From contig CAWBZV010000005.1 of assembly GCA_963793305.1 (NCBI GenBank), positions 480,001 to 544,000 on the forward strand: a stretch of DNA of 64,000 nucleotides, read 5' to 3'. Source of the stretch: an uncultured Gemmatimonadales bacterium (GTDB taxonomy: Bacteria; Gemmatimonadota; Gemmatimonadetes; Gemmatimonadales; Gemmatimonadaceae). The position numbers and the translations under genes are program-made. The notes under the pieces are model-generated. The model saw nothing but the letters and a program-made list of their open reading frames with translations. It was not told where the DNA came from and did not search any database. This document shows positions 9,911 to 19,797 of this stretch, in pieces; the first letter of the stretch is position 1; the number at the start of each line of letters is the position of its first letter.

Positions 9911-10423
9911 CGCGAGTTCGCCACTGCGGGCGGCACGGTTGAGGGGCACCTCCCGCAGATGTACAGCCTGTACGAGCTCTACTTCGCCGCGGCATTGCAG
10001 CGCGCGGCGCTGTCGAAGCGACCGACGGGCGACACGGTGCAAATGCGGCAGTTTTACATCGACCGGGAGTTCGACCAGTTCCCGCTGGGTCATGGCGTGG
10101 TGCGACCGCTGCCGGGCGGTCGGGCGGAGATCGTGCACGACTGGCTGGCCGGGGTCGGAGTGGCGACGTTGGACTCCGCCAACCACCTGCTCAGCTACTC
10201 GGGCGCCCGGACGACGTATAAGGTGGACGTGAGTCGACTCGCGACGCCTCCCAACGTCCAGGCGGCCGCCGCGCGGCTCGAGGCCGCCGAGGCGAAGAGC
10301 GGCGTGACGGAGCTGAGCGTTCGGGATACCGCGCGCGCGAGCATCGGTCACGCGACCTTCACCATCGACTATGGGCGGCCACTCGTCCGCGGGCGCGTCC
10401 TGCTCGGAAACATGCGCGACTGA
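9910..10423 (+). pseudogene. DUF2911-like protein, internal fragment truncated at both ends
   Basis: Ends 'LSVRDTARASIGHATFTIDYGRPLVRGRVLLGN', the start of a DUF2911 domain, then stops; no own start codon. Confidence 0.6.
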
Positions 10424-11527
10424 CGCGCCGGTGATGCGAGTGAGGTCCGGGCTCAGGTCGAACCGCGTGACTCGCTCGGGTGTGGTGCCGTTCTGGATGG
10501 CGTAGAGGGCGTGGCCCACGAGGTACATGCCGTCGATTCCGTTGACCGCGACGGTATCCGGATGGGGGAGCCAGGTCACGGCGTGGGTCAATGGGTCGAC
10601 GGCCGCTATGCCCATCGCGTAGTCGGCGACGAGGATACGACCGTCGGGGGTGACGGCTGGTGTCTGGGGTGAGCGAAAGGTCCCCGGGTGGACCACCGTC
10701 TCGATCGTCCCGCGCCGGCGATCGACGCGATAGAGGCCGCCGCCCGTGCCATCGGACACGATCGGGTTGCCGTGGGCGTCGAGCGTCATGTCTCCCAGGA
10801 CGTGGCCGGCGTTGTCCAGTGGCAGCGGGTAGCGGCCGGTGACGCGGTGCGTGGCCAGATCGTATCGGAGGACGCCACTTCGACTCGAGTCGGCCGCGCG
10901 CCAGTGCCCGGCTTGTGGCATCGAGGCGGTCGTTGCCCAGAGCGTCTGGCGCTCGGGGTCGACGACGAGCGCGACCGGTGTGAGCAGCGTGTCATCCGAG
11001 ACGGCGAATGTCGTCGTGGTTCCCGATGCGGTAATCGCGATGATCCGCTGCGCGTGGATGCAGCTGATGTAGAACGTGCGCGTGGCGGGGTCGTAGGCCA
11101 CGTCTTCGGTCAGGAGGTCAGGATCCGACATCGCGGTCACGGGCGTGGCATGGCTAATGGGTGACCGGTTCGCTGCCATCGCCGCGAGCACTGCCTTGAA
11201 ATCGTCGCGCTCGTGTAATGCCGCGAACGTCGTATCGCGATCGGCGGGGTACGCGAGGCCCATCGCCGCGATCGTCCGCAGGTAGGCGACCGCGGTATCT
11301 GGTTGGCCTCGTCGCACGGCGTTCCGGGCGAGCAGATAGAAGACGTCGGGGTGGCCGTGCATGAGCGTGAGTGCCCGTTGCAGGTGTAGCACGGCGGACA
11401 TCGGATCACTGGCGCGGGCGGCGGCGAGGTGTTGGCGATAGGTCGAGTCTTGCTGCGCGCTGGCGGATGATGATGGCGTGGCCAGCGCGAGTACGGCTGC
11501 CACGGTCAGCGTGTCGCGGCCGATCAT
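10412..11527 (-). pseudogene. Secreted TPR + SMP-30/gluconolactonase-like beta-propeller protein, C-terminally truncated
   Basis: Signal peptide, TPR-like N-terminus, propeller 'EDVAYDP...GDMTLD...SPQTPA...GIDGM...AIQNG'; reading frame runs into the antisense of the DUF2911 fragment. Confidence 0.7.
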
Positions 11528-12846
11528 TGACTTCCGATCATCTGCAGCCGCCGGCCATCCGGTTGAATGACCTCGAGCTCGGTTGGGCGATCTGCGCGGT
11601 GGTGAAAGACGAACCGCATTGCGCCGCTGGCGAACACGGAGTCGGACAACGTGACGAGCGGTACCATCATCGTGTGACGGTTGTTGTACTGCAACTGTGC
11701 GCCGCGCAGTGCGATCGCCATCTGATCGTAGCGGCCGGTGTCCGCCATGAGCGCCGAGCGTGGCAGGGCGCGCGGGTGTTGCTCGGCGTCGAGCGCTTCG
11801 GCTACGCGTGTGAGCGTGGCGAGCTGGACGCCGGTCGCGTGCTTGGCGAGCGATTGAACAGCTAAGGCGTGCGCCGTGGCCAGCGCCTGCTCGGGGTCGA
11901 CCTCGATGTCCGGCTGCACCCCGATGTGTTCCCACTGACGTCCAGTCCGCGGATCCATGACCTTGCTGTACGAGATTGACGTGGCGAACCCATGTCCGGA
12001 GTCGACGATCTCGTTGTTGTGGCCGGCGCCGACCGTGCGTATTCCGACGAGCGTGGCGCGGCCGAGGTTGTGGAGGACGAACGCGAAGTCTTCCGCCGCC
12101 GACGCGGTACCGTGGCTCGTGAGTACGTAGAGCGGAACGTCCAGGCGCCGAGGCCCGGGGACGGTCGCGAGTGTGTAGCGGTCGAGCGTGTCGTGGGAGG
12201 AGCGGTCGACCAGGCGCAGTGACAGGATCGCGTCCGGCCCGACGAAGTGGCTGATGAGAAAGTTCGACAGGTCGCCATCGCCGCCGCCGTTTCGGCGCAG
12301 GTCGATGATGATCGCGTCGGTCGATTCGAGGTAGCGCAGGGCGGCGACCAGGGCATCGCGCGCCAGCGCGAGGCGCGCGAATCCGCGCATCTCCAGGTAG
12401 CCGACGTTGCCATCCAGGATATCGATCCGGCCCAGTTGATGGTGCGCCGCGCGATCGGCGGCGATCTCTCCCGGGGTCGGCGGTGGGTCGTCGCCACGGA
12501 TCGACACGCCTTCCGGGCCGACGTGGGCGCCCGGTGCGTCAGGGGTGAACTGGACGTACAAGTGCTGATCGTCATTCACGGCATGGAGGTCGATCGAGAG
12601 GTGTCGAGCGAAGGCGACGGGGTCGCGGTCGGCATCGTATGCGCCGGCGGCCATCCGTTGGCGCAGATGCGCCGCGATCATTCGTCCGGTGTCCGCGTCT
12701 TGATAGACGCGTTCGAGCTGGGCGGCGATCGTGTCGACCACGTCGCGGCGGGTGTGTTGGTCGAGTGGAGATTGCGCCCGCGCCGGTGTCCAGGTGACTA
12801 GCGGCAGCATCAAGAGCATCGTGGCGATCGTGTGGCTCATGCGCAT
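11524..12846 (-). CDS. S41-family peptidase (IRBP/tricorn-like)
   Basis: 'GNVGYL', 'IIIDLRRNGGG', 'TASAAEDFAF', 'WEHIGVQPDIEV'. Confidence 0.92.
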   Translation of the reverse strand: MRMSHTIATMLLMLPLVTWTPARAQSPLDQHTRRDVVDTIAAQLERVYQDADTGRMIAAHLRQRMAAGAYDADRDPVAFARHLSIDLHAVNDDQHLYVQFTPDAPGAHVGPEGVSIRGDDPPPTPGEIAADRAAHHQLGRIDILDGNVGYLEMRGFARLALARDALVAALRYLESTDAIIIDLRRNGGGDGDLSNFLISHFVGPDAILSLRLVDRSSHDTLDRYTLATVPGPRRLDVPLYVLTSHGTASAAEDFAFVLHNLGRATLVGIRTVGAGHNNEIVDSGHGFATSISYSKVMDPRTGRQWEHIGVQPDIEVDPEQALATAHALAVQSLAKHATGVQLATLTRVAEALDAEQHPRALPRSALMADTGRYDQMAIALRGAQLQYNNRHTMMVPLVTLSDSVFASGAMRFVFHHRADRPTELEVIQPDGRRLQMIGSQ

Positions 12847-12877
12847 CGTGCATCGTATCGCGACGCGTCACGGCTCG

Positions 12878-12894
12878 TCTTGCACGATTTCAAC
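12878..12894 (-). promoter_or_regulatory. Recurrent site GTTGAAATCGTGCAAGA
   Basis: TACGAT at 20 nt; S41 ATG 31 nt downstream. Confidence 0.78.
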
Positions 12895-13019
12895 ATTGAT
12901 GATGGACGTGATCGCAGTGACGCGCGCGTTAACAGCGTGGGAGTTGACGTGCGTGCATCACGACGCCATCCTCGCAGTGTGACGAACATGAGCCGGACAC
13001 CTCGCGTCCGTCGTGCGAC

Positions 13020-13739
13020 ATGAGCGCCGAGGTATTGCACGCACTCGTCGTCGGTGGGAAGCCAGCGCTGCGCCAGGTCGTCAAGGACCATCTGGCTTAC
13101 CATCCCGACATCCGCGTCGTCGGCGAATGTCACACCGCGACGTTGGCGCAGGCGGCGGTGCGGGAGCTGCGTCCCGAGTTGTTGTTGCTCGACCTGCAGC
13201 TGTCGGGGGCTGACGCGCTCGCGTCGGCCGATGGGATTGGCGCGCGGGCGCTGCCAGTCATCATCACGACCAGTTATCCGATGGCGGCGCTGCGGGGGTA
13301 TGACGGCGGACGGGTGTCGTACCGGATCCGACCCATGAACGACGAGGGGCTGCGCGCACTCTTGGGCGACGCGCGGGTGTTGATCCGCGGGCGACTCGCG
13401 ACGCCGTACGCGAGCAGCGTCACGGTGCGTGTGAGCCATGGCGTGATGGTCGTCAATGCAGCGGACATCCACTGGATCGAGGGCGACGATGGCCAGGTCC
13501 AACTGCACGCGAACGGGGGACCGCAGTCGGTGTACGAGACCTTACGCGACCTGGAGCGCCTGCTCGATCCGCGGCGGTTCGTCCGCGTCCATCGTTCGGC
13601 GATCGTGAATATGGATCGGGTGTCGGCGGTGCAGCCGCATCGCAAGGGGCGGTGCGTGCTGGTGCTGGATAACGGAGCGCGCATCATCACGAGTGTGGCG
13701 CGTTCATCGATCGCGGACGCGTTGCGCCGGGCATTCTGA
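13020..13739 (+). CDS. LytTR-family response regulator (orphan, degenerate receiver)
   Basis: C-terminal LytTR 'LERLLDPRRFVRVHRSAIVN'; receiver lacks the acidic pair (VVGGKP). Confidence 0.88.
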   Translation: MSAEVLHALVVGGKPALRQVVKDHLAYHPDIRVVGECHTATLAQAAVRELRPELLLLDLQLSGADALASADGIGARALPVIITTSYPMAALRGYDGGRVSYRIRPMNDEGLRALLGDARVLIRGRLATPYASSVTVRVSHGVMVVNAADIHWIEGDDGQVQLHANGGPQSVYETLRDLERLLDPRRFVRVHRSAIVNMDRVSAVQPHRKGRCVLVLDNGARIITSVARSSIADALRRAF

Positions 13740-13923
13740 CAACGCCGGGAGCGGACGCGTTGATACGGGGCGCCGCTTCGGGTTCGTAGTCGCTCTGGTG
13801 CGGGGCGCCATCTCCCCGGCAAGGGGAATCGCGAACAGTGGGTGCGTATTCGCCCCGTACGTACGGTGCTGGGTCCGCGCGTCTTATAGGGATGCGGGAC
13901 AACTGGTGCTTGCCATCGCTGTC

Positions 13924-14235
13924 ATGCGACTCGTCGGGTCCGCCGATGCGGTCTGTGCTGCCGACGGCGTTTCCCGCTCGACTGTGGATCCATTAACCCG
14001 CGCGTTGGGGCGCATCGTCGCGCGTCACCGGCGGGCGCGGGGGTATTCCTGGCGACGCCTTGGCGAATCGTCCGGGGTGAGCGGGAATACCGTGCGCAAT
14101 TTGGAGCGCGGCGAGCGTAGCAGCCGAGTGAACGTTGTGGCGGCGATCGCGCAAGGGCTGGGGATGCCGGTCTCGCGACTGTTGCGGGAGGCGGAAAGAC
14201 TGGCGGCAGCGGCGCGGCGTCGGGCGGGGCACTGA
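13924..14235 (+). CDS. XRE-family helix-turn-helix regulator
   Basis: 'RHRRARGYSWRRLGESSGVSGNTVRNLERGERS...IAQGLGMPVSRLL'; start uncertain (alternative GTG 13984). Confidence 0.8.
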   Translation: MRLVGSADAVCAADGVSRSTVDPLTRALGRIVARHRRARGYSWRRLGESSGVSGNTVRNLERGERSSRVNVVAAIAQGLGMPVSRLLREAERLAAAARRRAGH

Positions 14236-14319
14236 CGAGGACGTGGATGGCGCGACGTGGGCGCCAATGAGGCGACGAGCGCGAGCAACCTACATCTATA
14301 GTAGTGCGCCGCAGGGCTG

Positions 14320-14336
14320 GATTGAACGAACGCAAC
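14320..14336 (-). promoter_or_regulatory. Recurrent site GTTGCGTTCGTTCAATC (orphan)
   Basis: TATAGAT 19 nt downstream; faces the 3' end of the XRE gene. Confidence 0.65.
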
Positions 14337-14411
14337 ATGCCCTTGCCCATGATGTCACACCGCCGCTCCTGCGTTGACAGTGCGGGCACGGCCGTGCATG
14401 ATGGCGCGACC

Positions 14412-15425
14412 ATGACATCACTTCTGAACGTGCTATTGGCGTTGACGCTCCACGGGACCGTCGTCGTCGCCAACATGAACGACAACACGGCGTCGGTTAT
14501 CGATCTGGCGAGTGGCCGGACCATGGCCACGCTGAGGACGGGTGACGGACCGCATGAAGTCGCGATCTCGCGGAATGGCCGTTGGGCCGTCGTCTCCAAT
14601 TACGGACCCGGGAAAGTGCCTGGTCATTCGCTGACGGTCATCGACTTGTCGGTGCGGGTTCCGGTGGTGGTGCGCACCATCGAGCTCGGCGCGGCCAACG
14701 CGCATCCGCACGGCTCGGCGTTCCTGCCGGGGGATTCGACGATGCTCGTGACGGTGGAGAAGAGCCAAGCCGTCTTGGTCGTGAATATTCTGCGTGGTGT
14801 GGTGGAGGCGTCGATTCCGACGCACGGCCGCTTCACGCACATGATCGCGCTCACGGCCGCGGCGGACCGCGCGTACACGAGCAATGTCGGCGACGGCACC
14901 ATATCGGAGCTCGACATCACGCGGCGCGCGTTCGTGCGCACGATTGCGGTCGCGCCGGTGGTGGAAGGCATCGGGGTAAGCCCCGACGGGTCTCAGGTAT
15001 GGGTGGGGAGCGACAGCCTCAAGACGGTGAGCATCGTGCCGACGGGGTCGGGGACCGTGGCGCATGTCATCAGGGGCTTCGGCTTTCCGTACCGGATGGC
15101 GATCACGGCCGACAATCGGACGGCCATCGTGACGGATCCGGCTCACGGCGAGCTCCGGTTCTTGGATGTGGCGACTCGGGTGGAGATCGGGCGTACGTTC
15201 TTTCCTGGCGGTACGGTGGTCTCGACGTCGGAGTTCCCGAACTCGCCGAGTCCGGAGGGGATCAGTTTGGCGCCGGATGGGAAGACGGTGTACGTGACGT
15301 TGCAGGGGAAGAATGCGGTGGTCGCGGTCGATGTCGCGACGCGGACGGTGCTCCTGACGCTGCCGACCGGCGTGTGGCCCGACGGCCTCGCGTACACGCC
15401 GGTGGAGCACGTACTTAACCGGTAA
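14412..15425 (+). CDS. YncE/YVTN-family beta-propeller protein
   Basis: 'VVANMNDNTASVID...TGDGPHEVAIS...VSNY', repeated PEG/PHG blades. Confidence 0.88.
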   Translation: MTSLLNVLLALTLHGTVVVANMNDNTASVIDLASGRTMATLRTGDGPHEVAISRNGRWAVVSNYGPGKVPGHSLTVIDLSVRVPVVVRTIELGAANAHPHGSAFLPGDSTMLVTVEKSQAVLVVNILRGVVEASIPTHGRFTHMIALTAAADRAYTSNVGDGTISELDITRRAFVRTIAVAPVVEGIGVSPDGSQVWVGSDSLKTVSIVPTGSGTVAHVIRGFGFPYRMAITADNRTAIVTDPAHGELRFLDVATRVEIGRTFFPGGTVVSTSEFPNSPSPEGISLAPDGKTVYVTLQGKNAVVAVDVATRTVLLTLPTGVWPDGLAYTPVEHVLNR

Positions 15426-15555
15426 TCCGCGGTGCGGCCCACGAGGGACATCATCCGCCGAAATCGCTCACTCGACGCTATTGGTCATGACGCGCCAGGA
15501 TTTCCATTGCTCTCCTGCTCTTCGGAGCACTTCGAGCACTCGGCACCGCGTCGCG

Positions 15556-15572
15556 TCTTGGATGGACGCAAC
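15556..15572 (-). promoter_or_regulatory. Recurrent site GTTGCGTCCATCCAAGA (orphan)
   Basis: Lies between convergent genes. Confidence 0.7.
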
Positions 15573-15604
15573 GCGGCTTGCCAGGGATTTGTGATGTTTT
15601 CTCC

Positions 15605-17065
15605 TCAGGTCATCTGCTTGGCTTTAGCCCTCACCAGCATGTACGGGACGTTGGGCAGGATATCCATGTCGGCGCATCGGGCGGCGAACGTCTTCGCGTT
15701 CGCGGCGTCGCCCTTGCCCTTGTAGGCCAGCGCCATCTCATAGAACACCTCCGGATTCTGCTGGTTCGCCTTCGCGAGCTCGGCCAAGACCGTGTCGAAT
15801 TGCTTGTCGGCCAGCGCGACCAGGCCATTCAGCTCGTGCGCTTGTGCGATCAGAAAGGCATTGTGTAAGGCCTCCGTGCCGCTCATATACATGGCGGCCT
15901 CGGTGTGCGCGGTCGCCCGATCGTTCGCCGCGAGCGCGACGCGGGCGCGATTGAAGTGGTCGTTGAGCTTCGCCAGATCCTTGGCGGCGGCCGACGCGGT
16001 CGACGAGTTGACCACGAGCGCGAGCGCGTGAGCCCACCTCCGGGCGGCGTCCGGAGCGCGTCCGGAGCCCAGGAGGATGAGGCCGGTTGTTTGCTCGTCG
16101 ACCGACATGTTGCCGGAATCGCCATTCGCGCGATCGAGGACGAGCTCGGAGTCGGCGCGTTGGACCGCCTGATCGATCTCGTGCGCGTCAATGTGCACCA
16201 CCGCCTCATTGAACAGCGCCAAGCGCTGCTGGCCAATGTCGCGCGCGCCGGCGTAAACCTTCTGGGTCTCGGCGACCGCGGCGTCGTGCTCGCCCTTGTA
16301 GAGATGGTCGGCCGCGATCCCCACGTGCGAGCTCAAGAACGTTGGATCGAGCGCCAAAGCCTTCGTGTATTCGGCGATCGACTCGTCGAACCGCCCCATG
16401 CTCATCAGCAGCTCGCCATAGGAGTCGTGCGGGTTCGGGTCCTTCGGCACGAGTGCGACGTACTGCTGGAACGCGGATTCCGCCGCCGGCTTGTCGCCGA
16501 CCCCGCGATACGCGTACCCGAGCGTGTTGTACGCCGTCGTGAGGTTGGGGTTGATCGCCACGGCCTTCTTGAGCACCTCTATGGTCTTGTCGTTCAACTG
16601 CTGAGCGAAGTACGCATTGCCGAGTGTGTTCAGGGCGCGCTCGTCCTGCGGATAGCGCGCGACCAGGCTCTCGGCGTATACCTGCCCCGTGGTCGGATCG
16701 CCGTTGTTGAGCGCCAGCAGCGACAGGATCGTCAGGCGCTCTCCGTCGGAGGCCTTGTTCGCCAGTGCGACGGCTTTGCCCAAGTGATCGTTGAAATCCT
16801 TCGCCGTCGCCGACGACATCGCGAGGCCGTACTCGGCCATCGCGAAGCTCGGGTCTTTCGCCACGGCGTGTTCCCACGTCGCGTACGCGTCGTGGGCCTT
16901 GAGCTGCTCGAACAGATCCCGGCCTTGCAAGTACAGGGCTCGCGCGTCGGGCGATGTCGTCGTGATGGGTACTTTCCCTGATGCCGCGGTCGTCGTCGCG
17001 TCCGATGATTTGATGTTGCACCCGGTCGCGATCGCCAACAGCGTGAACGACACGAAGTAGCGCAT
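15605..17065 (-). CDS. Tetratricopeptide-repeat lipoprotein
   Basis: Lipobox IATGC; multiple TPRs ('AYNTLGYAY', 'NPHDSYGELLMSMGRFDESIAEYTKALALDP'). Confidence 0.88.
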   Translation of the reverse strand: MRYFVSFTLLAIATGCNIKSSDATTTAASGKVPITTTSPDARALYLQGRDLFEQLKAHDAYATWEHAVAKDPSFAMAEYGLAMSSATAKDFNDHLGKAVALANKASDGERLTILSLLALNNGDPTTGQVYAESLVARYPQDERALNTLGNAYFAQQLNDKTIEVLKKAVAINPNLTTAYNTLGYAYRGVGDKPAAESAFQQYVALVPKDPNPHDSYGELLMSMGRFDESIAEYTKALALDPTFLSSHVGIAADHLYKGEHDAAVAETQKVYAGARDIGQQRLALFNEAVVHIDAHEIDQAVQRADSELVLDRANGDSGNMSVDEQTTGLILLGSGRAPDAARRWAHALALVVNSSTASAAAKDLAKLNDHFNRARVALAANDRATAHTEAAMYMSGTEALHNAFLIAQAHELNGLVALADKQFDTVLAELAKANQQNPEVFYEMALAYKGKGDAANAKTFAARCADMDILPNVPYMLVRAKAKQMT

Positions 17066-17112
17066 GGTGAAGCTCCGTTGCAGGAGAGAAGGCAGCATGC
17101 CCGGTGAGCTCC

Positions 17113-18282
17113 TCACGGAGCGCCGGACCGAGATGGTTGGTCGAAGCTCGCCATGAAGCCCCACCCGGCGGTGGCCTCGCTCACCGCCAGCAACAATTCG
17201 TTCTTTCCCTTCTTGAGCGGCACGAACACCGCCTCCGAGTACGGATAGAAGTATCCGAGCGCCGCGGGGTCGCGATAGGACATGGCGTTACGACCTTCGT
17301 AGAGGGGGCGGCCGTTGAGATAGACGACAATGTCGTCGCTGTAGCCGATCCACATTTTGCGCACGGTGTCCCGATCGGAGACGATCGTGTTCCGCGCGAA
17401 CACGACTTCAGAAGCGGGAGGCCGCGCCGCCGGGCCGTCGCGGACCCGTCGCTCGGGCTCGACGCTCGGATCTTTCCGGTAGCGGCCGATCATGATGATC
17501 CCCTCGCGTTCCGCGTCGACGGGCTGCCACTGCAACGAGCGGACGTCCGGATAGATCCCGGGATCCTGCCGCGACACGAGGAACGATTGCGACAGGGTCC
17601 AGCCGGCGGTGATCGCGCCCGGCGCGAAGGTGTGCTCGGGGGTAAGCGCGTACGTCGTCGTGTCTGGTCGATACGTCAGGTTCGAGATGTAGGCGCCGCC
17701 GACCCGGCCCCAGATCCCGATCGTGCCGCCGCCGCCGCCGAGCCCCAGATCGTGCACTTCGAGGGTGGGCTTGGTCGCGGTATCGACATAGATCGATGCC
17801 ACGAGACCTTTGACCACGATCCGCAGGTGCACCCACCGGTCTGGTGGGAAGTCCGGTGACCTCCCGTACTGGGGCGCCGGGTAAAACTGCCATGCGTTCA
17901 TGTCGTAGAACGATGGCGTGTACTGCAACGTCGGGTCGGCCCCCGGCGGGCGGAAGAACACGATCTCGTAGCGCTCGTGTTGGCTCGCGACGTGGAACGC
18001 GATGCCGTAGAACGCACTGGTCGAGTCGGTCGCGATGTCCGCGTCGATCGTCCCATTGCGGAAATCCACGCCGCTTGCGTATGCGAGGCCGCTCGGCACG
18101 ACGATGCTCGGGCGCCCGAGATGCGTCTCGAATCGCACGCTCTTGTCGCGCGGCCGCGGCTCGCGCTGGAAGAGGATGTACGAGGTCCATCGGTCAGGCG
18201 TCAGCGGGATCGTGATGTCCTGGGCCGCGGCTCGCGCGGCCGCGACTTGGCCAGCCAAGGCGCACAGCAGGATGAATCGCAT
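17113..18282 (-). CDS. Secreted protein with ConA-like/DUF1080-type domain
   Basis: Signal peptide; 'FRNGTIDADI...GIAFH...YEIVFFRP...QYTP...WVHLRIVV', C-terminal 'GYSDDIVVYLNG...LKKGKNELL'. Confidence 0.6.
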   Translation of the reverse strand: MRFILLCALAGQVAAARAAAQDITIPLTPDRWTSYILFQREPRPRDKSVRFETHLGRPSIVVPSGLAYASGVDFRNGTIDADIATDSTSAFYGIAFHVASQHERYEIVFFRPPGADPTLQYTPSFYDMNAWQFYPAPQYGRSPDFPPDRWVHLRIVVKGLVASIYVDTATKPTLEVHDLGLGGGGGTIGIWGRVGGAYISNLTYRPDTTTYALTPEHTFAPGAITAGWTLSQSFLVSRQDPGIYPDVRSLQWQPVDAEREGIIMIGRYRKDPSVEPERRVRDGPAARPPASEVVFARNTIVSDRDTVRKMWIGYSDDIVVYLNGRPLYEGRNAMSYRDPAALGYFYPYSEAVFVPLKKGKNELLLAVSEATAGWGFMASFDQPSRSGAP

Positions 18283-18434
18283 CGGGAGACGGTGGGGTTG
18301 GGTGATGGCGAGCGATTGGATAAAACGGCCACTGCCTGGGCGCGATCTGCGTACGACGATGCGGGGGCGAAGCGGAGCGCCATCACGGCCGTCGTGCTCC
18401 AAGGTGAGCTAGCTACCTGCGTGCAATGGAGATG

Positions 18435-18451
18435 TCTTGTATTAATGCAAC
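18435..18451 (-). promoter_or_regulatory. Recurrent site GTTGCATTAATACAAGA
   Basis: Upstream of the gene starting at 18282. Confidence 0.7.
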
Positions 18452-18704
18452 ATCGTATGCGCACCGTCTTCCGCGCCGGTCAGGGTCCATCGGCGACATG
18501 AGCGGCGAAGGTATGCGCCGGCGCGAGCGCGTTCCACCGCGTCGCGCATTCGGCTCGGCGAACGGTGTTGGAGGGTCGGTGAATCGTTCTTTACCGAACG
18601 GCCAACGCCTCACCCGGCCGAGCCCTTGACGTCGTCACGACCTCGCGAGTGCGTGGTCAGCGAAATGTTGGTTGCGGCGCGGGGGCAGTATATTCGCGGT
18701 CGTG

Positions 18705-19735
18705 ATGGTTCCACGCCTCGCATTGTTGACCGCTGTATGGCTTGTCGCGCCACTGCGGGCCCAGCTGTTTCCGGCGGGACCGCATCCCGTTGGTCTGCGC
18801 GTCATGTCGATCGATGTGCCTCGCCGCATGCGTGTCATCCTGTGGTATCCGATCGCGACCTCATCACCCGCTGCGCGAGCAACGCTCGCGACCTACGTCG
18901 CGGTTATTCATGATACGTCGTTCACCACCGAAGCGGCTGCATTCGCCCACACGACGCTGAGCGAACGGGCGATCGCCGCGATGCTCACAACGCCCAGTCA
19001 TGCGGTGTTGGGCGCCGCACACGCGCCGGGCCGCCATCCGTTGGTGTTGCTCGGCAACGGATTCGGCCCTCCATACTTCGTGCACTGGGCGCTCGCCGAG
19101 TATCTCGCCGGTCGCGGCTATGTCGTGGCGGCGCTGGCGGGGTCAGAGGGTGACGAGAACCGTCCTTTCAACCTCTCAGGGGTAACGGCGATCGCGGAGG
19201 ACATGAAGACAGCCCTGACGTCGCTGTCGGCGCTTTCCTTCGTCGACGCGCGCCACGTCGGCCTGGTTGGATTGAGCGTCGGCGGGTTGGCGCAGGCGTT
19301 CGTCGCAGCGACGACGAGGAACGTCGGCGCGATCGTGAGCCTCGATGGCGGGACGGTTATGCCTATGGCGCACAGATGCTCGACAGCGCGACCTGGCTCG
19401 ATCGCTCGCGCTTCACGATCCCCTATCTTCACCTGACGGGCGATGGCGTGCCGTCTATCGTCGTGGCCAAGAGCACGGTGTTCTACGATTCGCTCGCCCA
19501 GGGTCCCGCGTACCTGCTGCACGTCAAGCACCTGACGCACGCCCAGTTCACATCCTTAGGCATCCTGGTCGCGTGGATGGCGGACTCCACGGCTGCCGGC
19601 CCGATGCTCGAGGAGTACGCGCACGTCGCGCGCACGACGGCTTGGATGCTCGATACCTACGTGGCGAGCAGGTCGAGCTCGACCGACGCCTTGAACGAAC
19701 GCAACATCGTCAAGCGAAGAGCGTTCACGCATTGA
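18705..19735 (+). CDS. Secreted alpha/beta hydrolase (PAF-AH/dienelactone hydrolase-like), frameshifted near 19360
   Basis: 'GPHPVG...VILWYP...EYLAGRGYVVAA...GLSVGG...VSLDGG'; continues in another frame 'IPYLHL...HLTHAQF'. Confidence 0.75.
19689..19705 (-). promoter_or_regulatory. Recurrent site GTTGCGTTCGTTCAAGG
   Basis: In the hydrolase tail, ~90 nt before the ADOP start, in reverse orientation. Confidence 0.6.
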
Positions 19736-19797
19736 CGGGCGGACGTGTTGGTGCCACTCTGCGATAACGCAACTATCCGCGCGATGCCGGTGTCCCA

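Noticed and set aside
9749..11935. 728-aa ORF as one protein
   Set aside because: Only 10412-11527 is protein-like; the flanks are out-of-frame or antisense read-through
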